Made by a program: the position numbers and the translations under genes. Shown here one piece after another: positions 1 through 7,522 of a stretch of 17,312 nucleotides of DNA (positions are counted from its first letter, which is position 1; the number at the start of each line of letters is the position of its first letter). The stretch lies in IMG/VR virus record IMGVR_UViG_2850790056_000002. The stretch is one strand, 5' to 3'. Under the pieces are notes generated by a model, which saw only the letters and a program-made list of their open reading frames with translations, did no database searches and was not told where the DNA came from. The stretch is from a virus (taxonomy: Duplodnaviria; Heunggongvirae; Uroviricota; Caudoviricetes).

Positions 1-273
1 ATGGCCAGCGTTAACATTCATTGTCCTCGTTGTCAGTCTGCACAGGTCTACCGCCATGGTCAGAACCCTAAAGGCCATGACAGATTTCGCTGCCGTGACT
101 GCCACCGCGTTTTTCAGCTCACTTACACTTATGAGGCCCGTAAGCCGGGCATTAAAGAGCTGATCACTGAAATGGCCTTCAATGGCGCCGGGGTTCGCGA
201 TACCGCCAGGACACTGAAAATTGGCATTAACACCGTCATCCGGACTTTAAAAAACTCACGCCAAAGCGAATAA
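1..273 (+). CDS. insA: IS1-family InsA (zinc-finger/HTH transposition regulator), divergent from classical IS1 InsA
   Basis: 90-aa ORF with CPRC...CRDC zinc-finger motif and InsA-like C-terminus; roughly 45% identical by eye to the classical InsA at 4926-5201. Confidence 0.9.
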   Translation: MASVNIHCPRCQSAQVYRHGQNPKGHDRFRCRDCHRVFQLTYTYEARKPGIKELITEMAFNGAGVRDTARTLKIGINTVIRTLKNSRQSE

Positions 274-299
274 CGTCTTCGCCCGTTGCTCATGCCGAT

Positions 300-695
300 G
301 TGGCGCTTATCTGCGAACTTGATGAGCAATGGAGTTTCGTTGGCAGTAAAGCCCGGCAACACTGGCTCTGGTACGCGTATAACACCAAAACAGGGGGGGT
401 ACTGGCCTACACTTTTGGTCCCCGTACCGATGAAACCTGCCGGGAACTACTGGCACTGCTTACGCCATTCAACATCGGCATGATCACCAGCGACGACTGG
501 GGCAGCTATGGCCGGGAAGTGCCGAAGGATAAGCATCTGACCGGAAAAATATTCACCCGACGGATTGAGCGCAATAACCTGACGCTGCGCACCCGCATTA
601 AGCGCTTGGCTCGTAAAACAATCTGCTTCTCGCGTTCAGTAGAGATCCACGAAAAAGTCATCGGGACGTTTATTGAAAAACACATGTTCTACTAA
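300..695 (+). CDS. insB: IS1-family InsB reading frame (expressed as InsAB' transposase by -1 frameshift; the frame opens upstream of the first ATG)
   Basis: ORF in -1 frame relative to insA; A6C motif near insA 3' end; same architecture as the IS1 at 4871-5638. Confidence 0.85.
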   Translation: MALICELDEQWSFVGSKARQHWLWYAYNTKTGGVLAYTFGPRTDETCRELLALLTPFNIGMITSDDWGSYGREVPKDKHLTGKIFTRRIERNNLTLRTRIKRLARKTICFSRSVEIHEKVIGTFIEKHMFY

Positions 696-777
696 TTGGA
701 AGCATCACCGATATTTATATGTCCGGCCAAATTGAGGTGTGTTTAAATGTAATTGCACATTGATTGTAGGAGGAATA

Positions 778-957
778 ATGAAAAACGCATTGCAGTTTTT
801 GTTTGTTGCGTTCTGGTTGTTCGTATCATGTATGCCCATCATCTTCACAGCAAGGTATATGGAAAAAGTTGATGTTTTGATATTAATATTTGGATATATA
901 AATGCCCTTTTTTTAGGGGTGTCCATGGCGGTCATGTGCATTGAATACTGGCGGTAA
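778..957 (+). CDS. small hydrophobic protein (59 aa, predicted two transmembrane segments), function unknown
   Basis: ATG at 778 preceded by near-perfect Shine-Dalgarno taggagga (767-774) with ~5-nt spacer; the ORF-track frame begins at 739 but 778 is the RBS-supported start. Confidence 0.4.
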   Translation: MKNALQFLFVAFWLFVSCMPIIFTARYMEKVDVLILIFGYINALFLGVSMAVMCIEYWR

Positions 958-959
958 AT

Positions 960-1215
960 ACAGCGAACTCCATTGGTTTAGTTGGATATTTACTGTGCTG
1001 GACAAAAACGGTTTGCGGGGAAATCTTAGTTAAGTAGAATGACTGCGGGTGCTTGAGGCTATCTGCCTCGGGCATGGACACCAACGGCAGATAGAGAAAA
1101 GCCCCAGTTAACACTACGCGTCCTGCAAGACGCTTAACATTAATCTGAGGCCAATTTCATGCTAGACACATGTAGGTTAGCCTCTTACGTGCCGAAAGGC
1201 AAGGAGAAGCAGGCT
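960..1215 (+). promoter_or_regulatory. hok mRNA leader region; an antisense Sok-like RNA would be expected on the minus strand here but was not mapped
   Basis: Position immediately upstream of the hok-family ORF; in-frame upstream extension (mok-like frame from 1159); no promoter mapped precisely. Confidence 0.3.
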
Positions 1216-1371
1216 ATGAAGCAGCAAAAGGCGATGTTAATCGCCCTGATCGTCATCTGTTTAACCGTCATAGTGACGGCACTGGTAACGAGGAAAGACC
1301 TCTGCGAGGTACGAATCCGAACCGGCCAGACGGAGGTCGCTGTCTTCACAGCTTACGAACCTGAGGAGTAA
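1216..1371 (+). CDS. hokD: Hok/Gef-family type I toxin, HokD (RelF)-like
   Basis: 51-aa product MKQQKAMLIALIVICLTVIVTALVTRKDLCEVRIRTGQTEVAVFTAYEPEE matches my recollection of HokD; ATG at 1216 inside ORF-track frame 1159-1371. Confidence 0.85.
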   Translation: MKQQKAMLIALIVICLTVIVTALVTRKDLCEVRIRTGQTEVAVFTAYEPEE

Positions 1372-1441
1372 GAGACCCGGCGAGGGAGAAATCCCTCGCC
1401 ACCTCTGATGTGGCAGGCATCCTCAACGCACCCGCACTTAA

Positions 1442-1470
1442 CCCGCTTCGGCGGGTTTTTGTTTTTATTT
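1442..1470 (+). terminator. rho-independent terminator (hok transcript 3' end)
   Basis: cccgc-ttcg-gcggg hairpin (1442-1455) followed by a T-run; a second GNRA-loop hairpin cgaggga-gaaa-tccctcg at 1381-1398. Confidence 0.6.
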
Positions 1471-1587
1471 TCAACGCATTTGAAGTTCTGGACGGTGCCG
1501 GAATAGAATCAAAAATACTTAAGTAGCGCGCAGGGATAAGAGGGATGGTCCCTTAAAGGGGAGAGCTAATTATCCGGAAGGATTCTG

Positions 1588-1839
1588 ATGATGAACATCG
1601 AAGAACTGCGTAAAATTTTTTGTGAAGATGGCCTCTATGCTGTGTGCGTTGAAAATGGAAATATTGTTAGTCATTACCGCATTGTGTGTTTGCAAAAAAA
1701 TGGGGCTGCGTTAATTAATTTTGTGGATGCCCGAGTGACGGACGGATTTATCTTGCGCGACGGTGAGTTTGTCACTTCATTACAGGCATTGAAAGAGATC
1801 GGAATAAAAGCTGGCTTTTCTGCTTTTTCAGAAGAATAA
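1588..1839 (+). CDS. small prophage protein, Rem-like (83 aa), function unknown
   Basis: ORF with GGAAGG RBS upstream; size and position between hokD and a YdfU-like gene match the Qin prophage rem gene as I recall it. Confidence 0.5.
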   Translation: MMNIEELRKIFCEDGLYAVCVENGNIVSHYRIVCLQKNGAALINFVDARVTDGFILRDGEFVTSLQALKEIGIKAGFSAFSEE

Positions 1840-1905
1840 ACTCATCTACAATCTTGCGCGGGGCTGAACTCCCGCTGAGTAACACCGTGCCACCGGAGAA
1901 AACCG

Positions 1906-2184
1906 ATGGCACGCAACGCAAAATATTACAATCATGATAATTCGACCGTTCTTGCCCACACGCACGAGCGGTATTCTCACGCATTTAAGTCAGACTGGTA
2001 CCAGCATCCCCCATGCACTGAAGAACAGGCCGAATGGCTCATTCAGTGTTACCGCAGGCGCGGATGCGAGGTTAAAAAAGCCCTTAGCCTCGACTACCGT
2101 CACTGGATAATCTCCGTCAGGCTTCCTTACTCCGAACGCCCACCGCGTCCGTCCCGCACATTCCAGCAACGCATCTGGAGGTAA
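1906..2184 (+). CDS. hypothetical 92-aa protein
   Basis: ATG with GGAGA RBS 6 nt upstream; stop 1 nt before the GTG start of the next gene, suggesting translational coupling. Confidence 0.45.
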   Translation: MARNAKYYNHDNSTVLAHTHERYSHAFKSDWYQHPPCTEEQAEWLIQCYRRRGCEVKKALSLDYRHWIISVRLPYSERPPRPSRTFQQRIWR

Positions 2185-2185
2185 C

Positions 2186-3235
2186 GTGCGGGTATTACTT
2201 CGACCTGTTCTGGTACCGGAACTCGGGCTGGTGATCGTTAAGCCGGGCCGTGAATCCATGCCGGTATTCCACAATACCCGGTTACTGGTGGAGCCGGAAC
2301 CGAAAAGCATGCGTAATCTGCCGTCCGGGGTCGTTCCTGCCGCTCGCCAGCCGCTGGTGGAAGACAAAACATTGCTGCCGTTTTTCAGTAACGCACGGGT
2401 GATTCGTGCTGCTGGTGGTGCTGGTGCATTGTCTGACTGGCTGTTGCGCCATATTAAATCCTGCCAGTGGCCACACGGCGATTATCATCACAGCGAAACC
2501 GTCATTCACCGTTATGGTACCGGCGCAATGGTGTTGTGCTGGCACTGCGACAACCAGCTGCGTGACCAGACATCCGAATCACTCGAGCAACTTGCTCATC
2601 AAAACCTGTCAGCATGGATGATTGACGTCATCGGTCACGCAATAAGCGGTACGCAGGAGCGTGAATTATCTCTGGCTGAATTATCCTGGTGGGCGGTCCG
2701 CAATCAGGAGGCGGACGCGCTACCGGAAGCGGTATTACGTCGTTCGCTGGGGTTGCGTGCGGAAAAAATCCGCTCAATGTACTGTGAAAGCGACATCGTA
2801 CCGGGAGAGCAGACCGCCACCAGCATACTGAAACAGCGCACAAAAAATCTTGCGCCGCTGCCTCACGCCCACCAGCAACAGAACCCACCACAGGAAAAGA
2901 CGGTGGTCAGCATTGCCGTTGATCCTGAGTCTCCGGAATCTTTCATGAAACGACCTAAACGTCGTCGCTGGGTTAACGAGAAATACACACGCTGGGTGAA
3001 GACACAGCCGTGTGCGTGTTGTGGTAAGCCAGCCGACGATCCCCATCACCTGATTGGTCATGGTCAGGGCGGAATGGGGACAAAATCTCACGATATTTTC
3101 GCGCTACCGCTGTGTCGGGAGCATCACAACGAGCTTCATGCGGATCCGCTGGCGTTCGAAGAAAAGCATGGTTCTCAGGTTGATTTAATTTTTCGTTTTC
3201 TTGATCACGCCTTTGCAACTGGCGTGCTTGGGTAA
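2186..3235 (+). CDS. ydfU: DUF968 / YdfU-like prophage protein with C-terminal HNH-like (Ref-like) nuclease motif
   Basis: 349-aa ORF from GTG; C-terminal CACCGK...DPHHL...LCREHHNELH resembles a His-Me finger HNH motif; position in the nin-like region upstream of rusA and Q. Confidence 0.65.
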   Translation: MRVLLRPVLVPELGLVIVKPGRESMPVFHNTRLLVEPEPKSMRNLPSGVVPAARQPLVEDKTLLPFFSNARVIRAAGGAGALSDWLLRHIKSCQWPHGDYHHSETVIHRYGTGAMVLCWHCDNQLRDQTSESLEQLAHQNLSAWMIDVIGHAISGTQERELSLAELSWWAVRNQEADALPEAVLRRSLGLRAEKIRSMYCESDIVPGEQTATSILKQRTKNLAPLPHAHQQQNPPQEKTVVSIAVDPESPESFMKRPKRRRWVNEKYTRWVKTQPCACCGKPADDPHHLIGHGQGGMGTKSHDIFALPLCREHHNELHADPLAFEEKHGSQVDLIFRFLDHAFATGVLG

Positions 3236-3247
3236 AAGAGGTGACTG

Positions 3248-3622
3248 ATGCTCATAGATTTGGTTTTACCTTACCCGCCGACGGTGAACACTTACTGGCG
3301 ACGCCGTGGCAGCACATATTTTATCTCGGAGGAGGGAAAGCGTTATCGCCGGGCTGTGGCGCTTATTGTTCGCCAGCAGCGGCTGAAATTAAGCCTGTCC
3401 GGAAGGCTGGCGATAAAGGTGATTGCAGAGCCACCGGATAAGCGTCGTCGCGACCTGGACAATATCCTGAAAGCACCGCTGGATGCGCTGACGCATGCGG
3501 GAGTGTTAATGGACGATGAGCAGTTTGATGAAATCAATATCGTTCGTGGTCAGCCAGTATCTGGTGGACGTCTGGGGGTGAAGATTTACCCCATAATGCA
3601 TGAAGAGCAGGTCAAAAAATGA
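3248..3622 (+). CDS. rusA: RusA-family Holliday junction resolvase
   Basis: 124-aa ORF with PDKRRRDLDN...DAL...DD...GGRL motifs characteristic of RusA; RBS aagagg upstream. Confidence 0.85.
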   Translation: MLIDLVLPYPPTVNTYWRRRGSTYFISEEGKRYRRAVALIVRQQRLKLSLSGRLAIKVIAEPPDKRRRDLDNILKAPLDALTHAGVLMDDEQFDEINIVRGQPVSGGRLGVKIYPIMHEEQVKK

Positions 3623-4440
3623 AACTGGAAGATTTACCGAAATACTACTCCCCAAAATCCCCTTGCCTGACCGATGCATCGGCCTCAACGTCAAAAGATG
3701 CGCTGAGTATCACTGATGTGATGGCCGCGCAGGGCATGACACAGAATCGGGCTGAGATGGGGTTTTCTGCGTTCCTGGGGAAAATGGGCATCAGTATGAA
3801 TGACAGGGCGCGGGAAACAGAATTACTGGCAGATTATGCACTCAGTCGGTGCGATCGTGTGGCGGCGTTGAGAAAACTTCCGGCAGAAATAAAACCGTTA
3901 GTGATGCGCATTATGGCTTCGTACGCTTTTGAGGATTATGCCCGCAGCGCAGCGAGTAAAAAGCAGTGCCCTTGTTGCTATGGGGAAAAATTTATTGAAA
4001 GCGTAGTTTTTGCAAACAAGGTCCAGTATCCGGATGGTAAGCCGCCGGTATGGGCAAAGTGTACGAAAGGTGTGTATCCGTCTTACTGGGAAGAATGGAA
4101 AAAAGTCAGGGAGGTGGTAAAAGTTGCCTGTCCGGAGTGTGGCGGAAAGGGTGAGGTTTCCACCGCCTGTAAGGATTGCCGTGGGCGTGGTGTCGCCATT
4201 CACCGTGAAGAGTCGGTAAAACGTGGTATGTCTGTTATCAGAGACTGCCAGCGTTGTGGTGGTCGTGGCTATGAAAGACTACCATCAACGGAGGCATTTA
4301 ATGCTATATGCGAGGTGACAAACCAGATAACACGCGCGTCATGGGAAAAAACAGTTAAGAAATTCTATGATGCGCTGGTGACCCGGTTTGATATTGAAGA
4401 AGCATGGGCTGAGCGGCAGTTAAAAAAGGTAACTAGGTAA
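3619..4440 (+). CDS. late-gene antiterminator Q-like protein (zinc-finger type, QuuQ/Q82-like)
   Basis: 273-aa ORF starting in an ATGA overlap with the rusA stop; three CxxCxGxG zinc-finger repeats; located immediately upstream of a promoter-like element and tRNA genes as in lambdoid/Stx phages. Confidence 0.6.
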   Translation: MKLEDLPKYYSPKSPCLTDASASTSKDALSITDVMAAQGMTQNRAEMGFSAFLGKMGISMNDRARETELLADYALSRCDRVAALRKLPAEIKPLVMRIMASYAFEDYARSAASKKQCPCCYGEKFIESVVFANKVQYPDGKPPVWAKCTKGVYPSYWEEWKKVREVVKVACPECGGKGEVSTACKDCRGRGVAIHREESVKRGMSVIRDCQRCGGRGYERLPSTEAFNAICEVTNQITRASWEKTVKKFYDALVTRFDIEEAWAERQLKKVTR

Positions 4441-4445
4441 CAAGG

Positions 4446-4473
4446 TTGATTTTTCCGGAATCTGTGGTAGATT
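4446..4473 (+). promoter_or_regulatory. candidate late promoter (pR-prime analogue) downstream of Q
   Basis: -35 ttgatt (4446-4451), 16-nt spacer, extended -10 tggtagatt (4465-4473); assignment by position only. Confidence 0.3.
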
Positions 4474-4583
4474 CGTCATAACGATGGGCTTTTTATGCCT
4501 GACGTTAGAAGAGTTTCTACAACCCGCCGCCGAGCAGGTTTTTTATTGCGGAATTAATTACGGACCGTTATTATTCTGCTCCC

Positions 4584-4659
4584 GGCCCTTTAGCTCAGTG
4601 GTGAGAGCGAGCGACTCATAATCGCCAGGTCGCTGGTTCAAATCCAGCAAGGGCCACCA
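4584..4659 (+). tRNA. tRNA with CAU anticodon (Met or lysidine-type Ile2, ileZ-like as in Stx phages)
   Basis: 76-nt cloverleaf folded by hand: acceptor ggccctt/aagggcc, D-arm gctc/gagc, anticodon loop ctCATaa, T-arm gctgg-ttcaaat-ccagc, discriminator A plus encoded CCA. Confidence 0.85.
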
Positions 4660-4757
4660 TCACAAACCGCCATTAGCTTATCAGGAAGAGCAGACGACAC
4701 GATAACAGGGTTGTTGGTGCGGGGCGGGCCCCGATGGCGGTCCATTATCGGTATTCA

Positions 4758-4834
4758 GCGTTGTTAGCTCAGCCGGACAGAGCAATTGCCTTCTAAGCAA
4801 TCGGTCACTGGTTCGAATCCAGTACAGCGCGCCA
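4758..4834 (+). tRNA. tRNA-Arg (UCU anticodon, argN/argO-like)
   Basis: 77-nt cloverleaf: acceptor gcgttgt/acagcgc, D-arm gctc/gagc, perfect anticodon stem attgc/gcaat with loop ctTCTaa, T-arm actgg-ttcgaat-ccagt, encoded CCA. Confidence 0.85.
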
Positions 4835-4925
4835 TATTCATTCTGCCAGATTCCTTCCGGCAGAGCCTTAGGTGATGCTGCCAACTTACTGATTTAGTGT
4901 ATGATGGTGTTTTTGAGGTGCTCCA

Positions 4926-5201
4926 GTGGCTTCTGTTTCTATCAGCTGTCCCTCCTGTTCAGCTACTGACGGGGTGGTGCGTAACGGCAAAAGCACTGCC
5001 GGACATCAGCGCTATCTCTGCTCTCACTGCCGTAAAACATGGCAACTGCAGTTCACTTACACCGCTTCTCAACCCGGTACGCACCAGAAAATCATTGATA
5101 TGGCCATGAATGGCGTTGGATGCCGGGCAACTGCACGCATTATGGGCGTTAGCCTCAACACGATTTTACGTCACTTAAAAAACTCAGGCCGCAGTCGGTA
5201 A
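4926..5201 (+). CDS. insA: IS1 InsA
   Basis: 91-aa ORF matching classical IS1 InsA ([22 protein letters not shown]...). Confidence 0.95.
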   Translation: MASVSISCPSCSATDGVVRNGKSTAGHQRYLCSHCRKTWQLQFTYTASQPGTHQKIIDMAMNGVGCRATARIMGVSLNTILRHLKNSGRSR

Positions 5202-5245
5202 CCTCGCGCATACAGCCGGGCAGTGACGTCATCGTCTGCGCGGAA

Positions 5246-5623
5246 ATGGACGAACAGTGGGGATACGTCGGGGCTAAATCGCGCCAGCGCTGGCTGTTTT
5301 ACGCGTATGACAGGCTCCGGAAGACGGTTGTTGCGCACGTATTCGGTGAACGCACTATGGCGACGCTGGGGCGTCTTATGAGCCTGCTGTCACCCTTTGA
5401 CGTGGTGATATGGATGACGGATGGCTGGCCGCTGTATGAATCCCGCCTGAAGGGAAAGCTGCACGTAATCAGCAAGCGATATACGCAGCGAATTGAGCGG
5501 CATAACCTGAATCTGGGGCAGCACCTGGCACGGCTGGGACGGAAGTCGCTGTCGTTCTCAAAATCGGTGGAGCTGCATGACAAAGTCATCGGGCATTATC
5601 TGAACATAAAACACTATCAATAA
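5246..5623 (+). CDS. insB: IS1 InsB frame (InsAB' transposase by -1 frameshift)
   Basis: ORF in -1 frame relative to insA ending 15 bp inside the right end; matches classical IS1 InsB. Confidence 0.9.
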   Translation: MDEQWGYVGAKSRQRWLFYAYDRLRKTVVAHVFGERTMATLGRLMSLLSPFDVVIWMTDGWPLYESRLKGKLHVISKRYTQRIERHNLNLGQHLARLGRKSLSFSKSVELHDKVIGHYLNIKHYQ

Positions 5624-5747
5624 GTTAGAGTCATTACCGAGCCTTATACTGAAATATACCTGGCTCAGGATATTGTTGAAAATATTATATGTTTGTCAAA
5701 AATAAAAGTTCTGTTAAGTATTGATTGAGTGTTTGTTATACGGTCTA

Positions 5748-6074
5748 ATGGTTTTTTCAGCATTAAATATTTATCATTCATATGGTGTGGGTAGAGTGAA
5801 TATTGATGAGGCGTCGGGGTGTTTCATCCTTAGGCAGCGTATTGATATAGTCAATGCAGCACGAGCAAAGGCCTTCAGCCGTTTGACAGTTTTGTTCTGT
5901 ACTCCTGATCGTCTTTCGGGAAGAGACGTTATTATTCTGAATAGTGATGCTATACAGAGGGTTTGCGATGAGTTCATGGTTGCTAATTCAGAATTATTTG
6001 CTCTTGTTCAGGAGTACAACAGAATAGCCAGGACCTGTGGTATGGATGAACTTCGGGGTGATGCCTCTAATTAG
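5748..6074 (+). CDS. hypothetical protein in AT-rich cargo segment; last 5 codons and stop supplied by the inserted IS1 (native C-terminus ...ELRITHLG replaced by ...ELRGDASN)
   Basis: Open frame from TTG 5721 / ATG 5748; IS1 copy B inserted at 6056/6057 with 8-bp TSD; joining the flanks restores an ORF ending at the tag now at 6846-6848; start codon uncertain. Confidence 0.4.
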   Translation: MVFSALNIYHSYGVGRVNIDEASGCFILRQRIDIVNAARAKAFSRLTVLFCTPDRLSGRDVIILNSDAIQRVCDEFMVANSELFALVQEYNRIARTCGMDELRGDASN

Positions 6075-6113
6075 TTGAATCTGATGTATAATGCGGGCTT
6101 TTGAGGTTCTTTC

Positions 6114-6386
6114 ATGGCCAGCGTTAACATTCATTGTCCTCGTTGTCAGTCTGCACAGGTCTACCGCCATGGTCAGAACCCTAAAGGCCATGACAGATTT
6201 CGCTGCCGTGACTGCCACCGCGTTTTTCAGCTCACTTACACTTATGAGGCCCGTAAGCCGGGCATTAAAGAGCTGATCACTGAAATGGCCTTCAATGGCG
6301 CCGGGGTTCGCGATACCGCCAGGACACTGAAAATTGGCATTAACACCGTCATCCGGACTTTAAAAAACTCACGCCAAAGCGAATAA
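6114..6386 (+). CDS. insA: IS1-family InsA (divergent type)
   Basis: Identical protein to ORF 1-273. Confidence 0.9.
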   Translation: MASVNIHCPRCQSAQVYRHGQNPKGHDRFRCRDCHRVFQLTYTYEARKPGIKELITEMAFNGAGVRDTARTLKIGINTVIRTLKNSRQSE

Positions 6387-6412
6387 CGTCTTCGCCCGTT
6401 GCTCATGCTGAT

Positions 6413-6808
6413 GTGGCGCTTATCTGCGAACTTGATGAGCAATGGAGTTTCGTTGGCAGTAAAGCCCGGCAACACTGGCTCTGGTACGCGTATAACACCA
6501 AAACAGGGGGGGTACTGGCCTACACTTTTGGTCCCCGTACCGATGAAACCTGCCGGGAACTACTGGCATTGCTTACGCCATTCAACATCGGCATGATCAC
6601 CAGCGACGACTGGGGCAGCTATGGCCGGGAGGTGCCGAAGGATAAGCATCTGACCGGAAAAATATTCACCCAACGGATTGAGCGCAATAACCTGACGCTG
6701 CGCACCCGCATTAAGCGCTTGGCTCGTAAAACAATCTGCTTCTCGCGTTCAGTAGAGATCCACGAAAAAGTCATCGGGACGTTTATTGAAAAACACATGT
6801 TCTACTAA
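6413..6808 (+). CDS. insB: IS1-family InsB frame (divergent type)
   Basis: Same as ORF 300-695 with one substitution (R to Q). Confidence 0.85.
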   Translation: MALICELDEQWSFVGSKARQHWLWYAYNTKTGGVLAYTFGPRTDETCRELLALLTPFNIGMITSDDWGSYGREVPKDKHLTGKIFTQRIERNNLTLRTRIKRLARKTICFSRSVEIHEKVIGTFIEKHMFY

Positions 6809-7184
6809 TTGGAAGCATCACCAACTTCGGATTACTCATCTGGGGTAGATACATATCTGGATTATCACCTGTTACGGTATAAAGTGATTGCTTACTGTTT
6901 TTGTGAATGGCATTGCAGCAGCCGGATAATGTCAGTGTTGGCTGACGGTGTGCTGGTGGCGGGTGTGGTGGTTGTTGCTTTCCCGTTGCTGAAAAAGAAA
7001 ACGCCAGACTGTTAGCCGGGTATCAGTTAGCGGGAGAAATTTTTAAATACTTCACAATTCAGGCGGTTGACTGTTGTCTGGTTTGCGGGGAGTTTGTTAA
7101 AAGAAACTGGCATGGTGAATTGAGGTAGCCTGAGTTTAACGGACACTCCTTCCTGAAATAGAATGGCATCAGAAGGAGCTAATA

Positions 7185-7487
7185 ATGAGCAGAAAAACCC
7201 AACGTTACTCTAAAGAGTTCAAAGCCGAAGCTGTCAGAACGGTTCTTGAAAATCAACTTTCGATCAGTGAAGGCGCTTCCCGATTATCCCTTCCTGAAGG
7301 CACTTTAGGACAATGGGTTACCGCCGCCAGAAAAGGGCTCGGTACTCCTGGTTCCCGCACGGTGGCTGAACTGGAATCTGAAATTCTGCAACTGCGTAAG
7401 GCGTTAAATGAAGCTCGCCTTGAGCGAGATATATTAAAAAAAGCAACAGCGTATTTTGCACAGGAGTCGCTGAAAAATACGCGTTAA
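7185..7487 (+). CDS. IS600 OrfA (HTH transposase N-terminal protein)
   Basis: 100-aa [21 protein letters not shown]... typical of IS3-family OrfA with leucine-zipper C-terminus. Confidence 0.9.
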   Translation: MSRKTQRYSKEFKAEAVRTVLENQLSISEGASRLSLPEGTLGQWVTAARKGLGTPGSRTVAELESEILQLRKALNEARLERDILKKATAYFAQESLKNTR

Positions 7488-7522
7488 TCGAACAATGGCG
7501 ACAACAATTTCCCATTGAAGCG

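Larger units (their letters stand above)
1..709 (+). mobile_element. IS1-family insertion sequence, divergent type, copy A; left ~56 bp including the left inverted repeat lies outside the window
   Basis: insA-like ORF 1-273 and -1-frame insB-like ORF ending at 695; A6C slippery motif at 249-255; right terminus ...ggaagcatcacc ends at 709; near-identical to copies at 6057-6822 and 8721-9487. Confidence 0.9.
4871..5638 (+). mobile_element. IS1 (classical E. coli K-12 type), complete, 768 bp, flanked by 8-bp target site duplication gagcctta
   Basis: Terminal inverted repeats GGTGATGCTGCCAACTTACTGAT (left) and its complement at the right end; insA and insB ORFs; direct repeat gagcctta at 4863-4870 and 5639-5646. 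Confidence 0.95.
6057..6822 (+). mobile_element. IS1-family insertion sequence, divergent type, copy B, complete (766 bp), flanked by 8-bp target site duplication aacttcgg
   Basis: Termini ggtgatgcctctaattag... and ...ctactaattggaagcatcacc; direct repeat aacttcgg at 6049-6056 and 6823-6830; insA/insB ORFs. Confidence 0.9.

Noticed and set aside
129-362. Antisense ORFs inside IS elements (129-362, 6242-6475, 9069-9302, 7318-7515, 7558-7797, 10166-10393, 10469-10900, 12493-12921, 13270-13467 and equivalents)
   Set aside because: They lie opposite well-supported transposase genes, recur identically in every IS copy, and lack ribosome-binding sites; typical open antisense frames in conserved IS DNA.
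1990-3218. Minus-strand ORFs within the YdfU-like gene (1990-2367, 2282-2545, 2628-2891, 2774-3091, 2973-3218) and 3898-4203 within the Q-like gene
   Set aside because: Fully nested antisense to longer RBS-supported genes; no independent start signals.
4500-4560. tR-prime-like terminator between the candidate late promoter and the first tRNA
   Set aside because: The T-run at about 4541-4546 is not preceded by a convincing GC-rich hairpin (at most 4 bp pair), so no terminator is called.
4660-4757. Possible third tRNA between the two tRNA genes (Stx phages carry ileZ-argN-argO)
   Set aside because: No T-loop consensus (GTTCNANNC) and no foldable cloverleaf in the 98-bp spacer; only two tRNAs are supported.
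1-6822. Composite transposon formed by direct-repeat IS1-family copies A and B bracketing hokD through the tRNAs
   Set aside because: Copy B has its own perfect 8-bp target duplication, so it is an independent insertion; copy A's left flank is outside the window, so this cannot be tested here.
6809-7015. ORF-track protein 6809-7015 (68 aa) and ORF 8247-8456
   Set aside because: Their starts lie inside IS termini (IS1 copy B end, IS600 copy 1 end), so they are artefacts of insertion; only the internal 28-aa peptide ORF (6930-7016) is kept as a low-confidence observation.
1012-7094. 12-nt identity ggtttgcgggga at 1012-1023 and 7083-7094, considered as a second hok/sok-like leader
   Set aside because: No hok-family ORF or further similarity follows the second occurrence; most likely chance.
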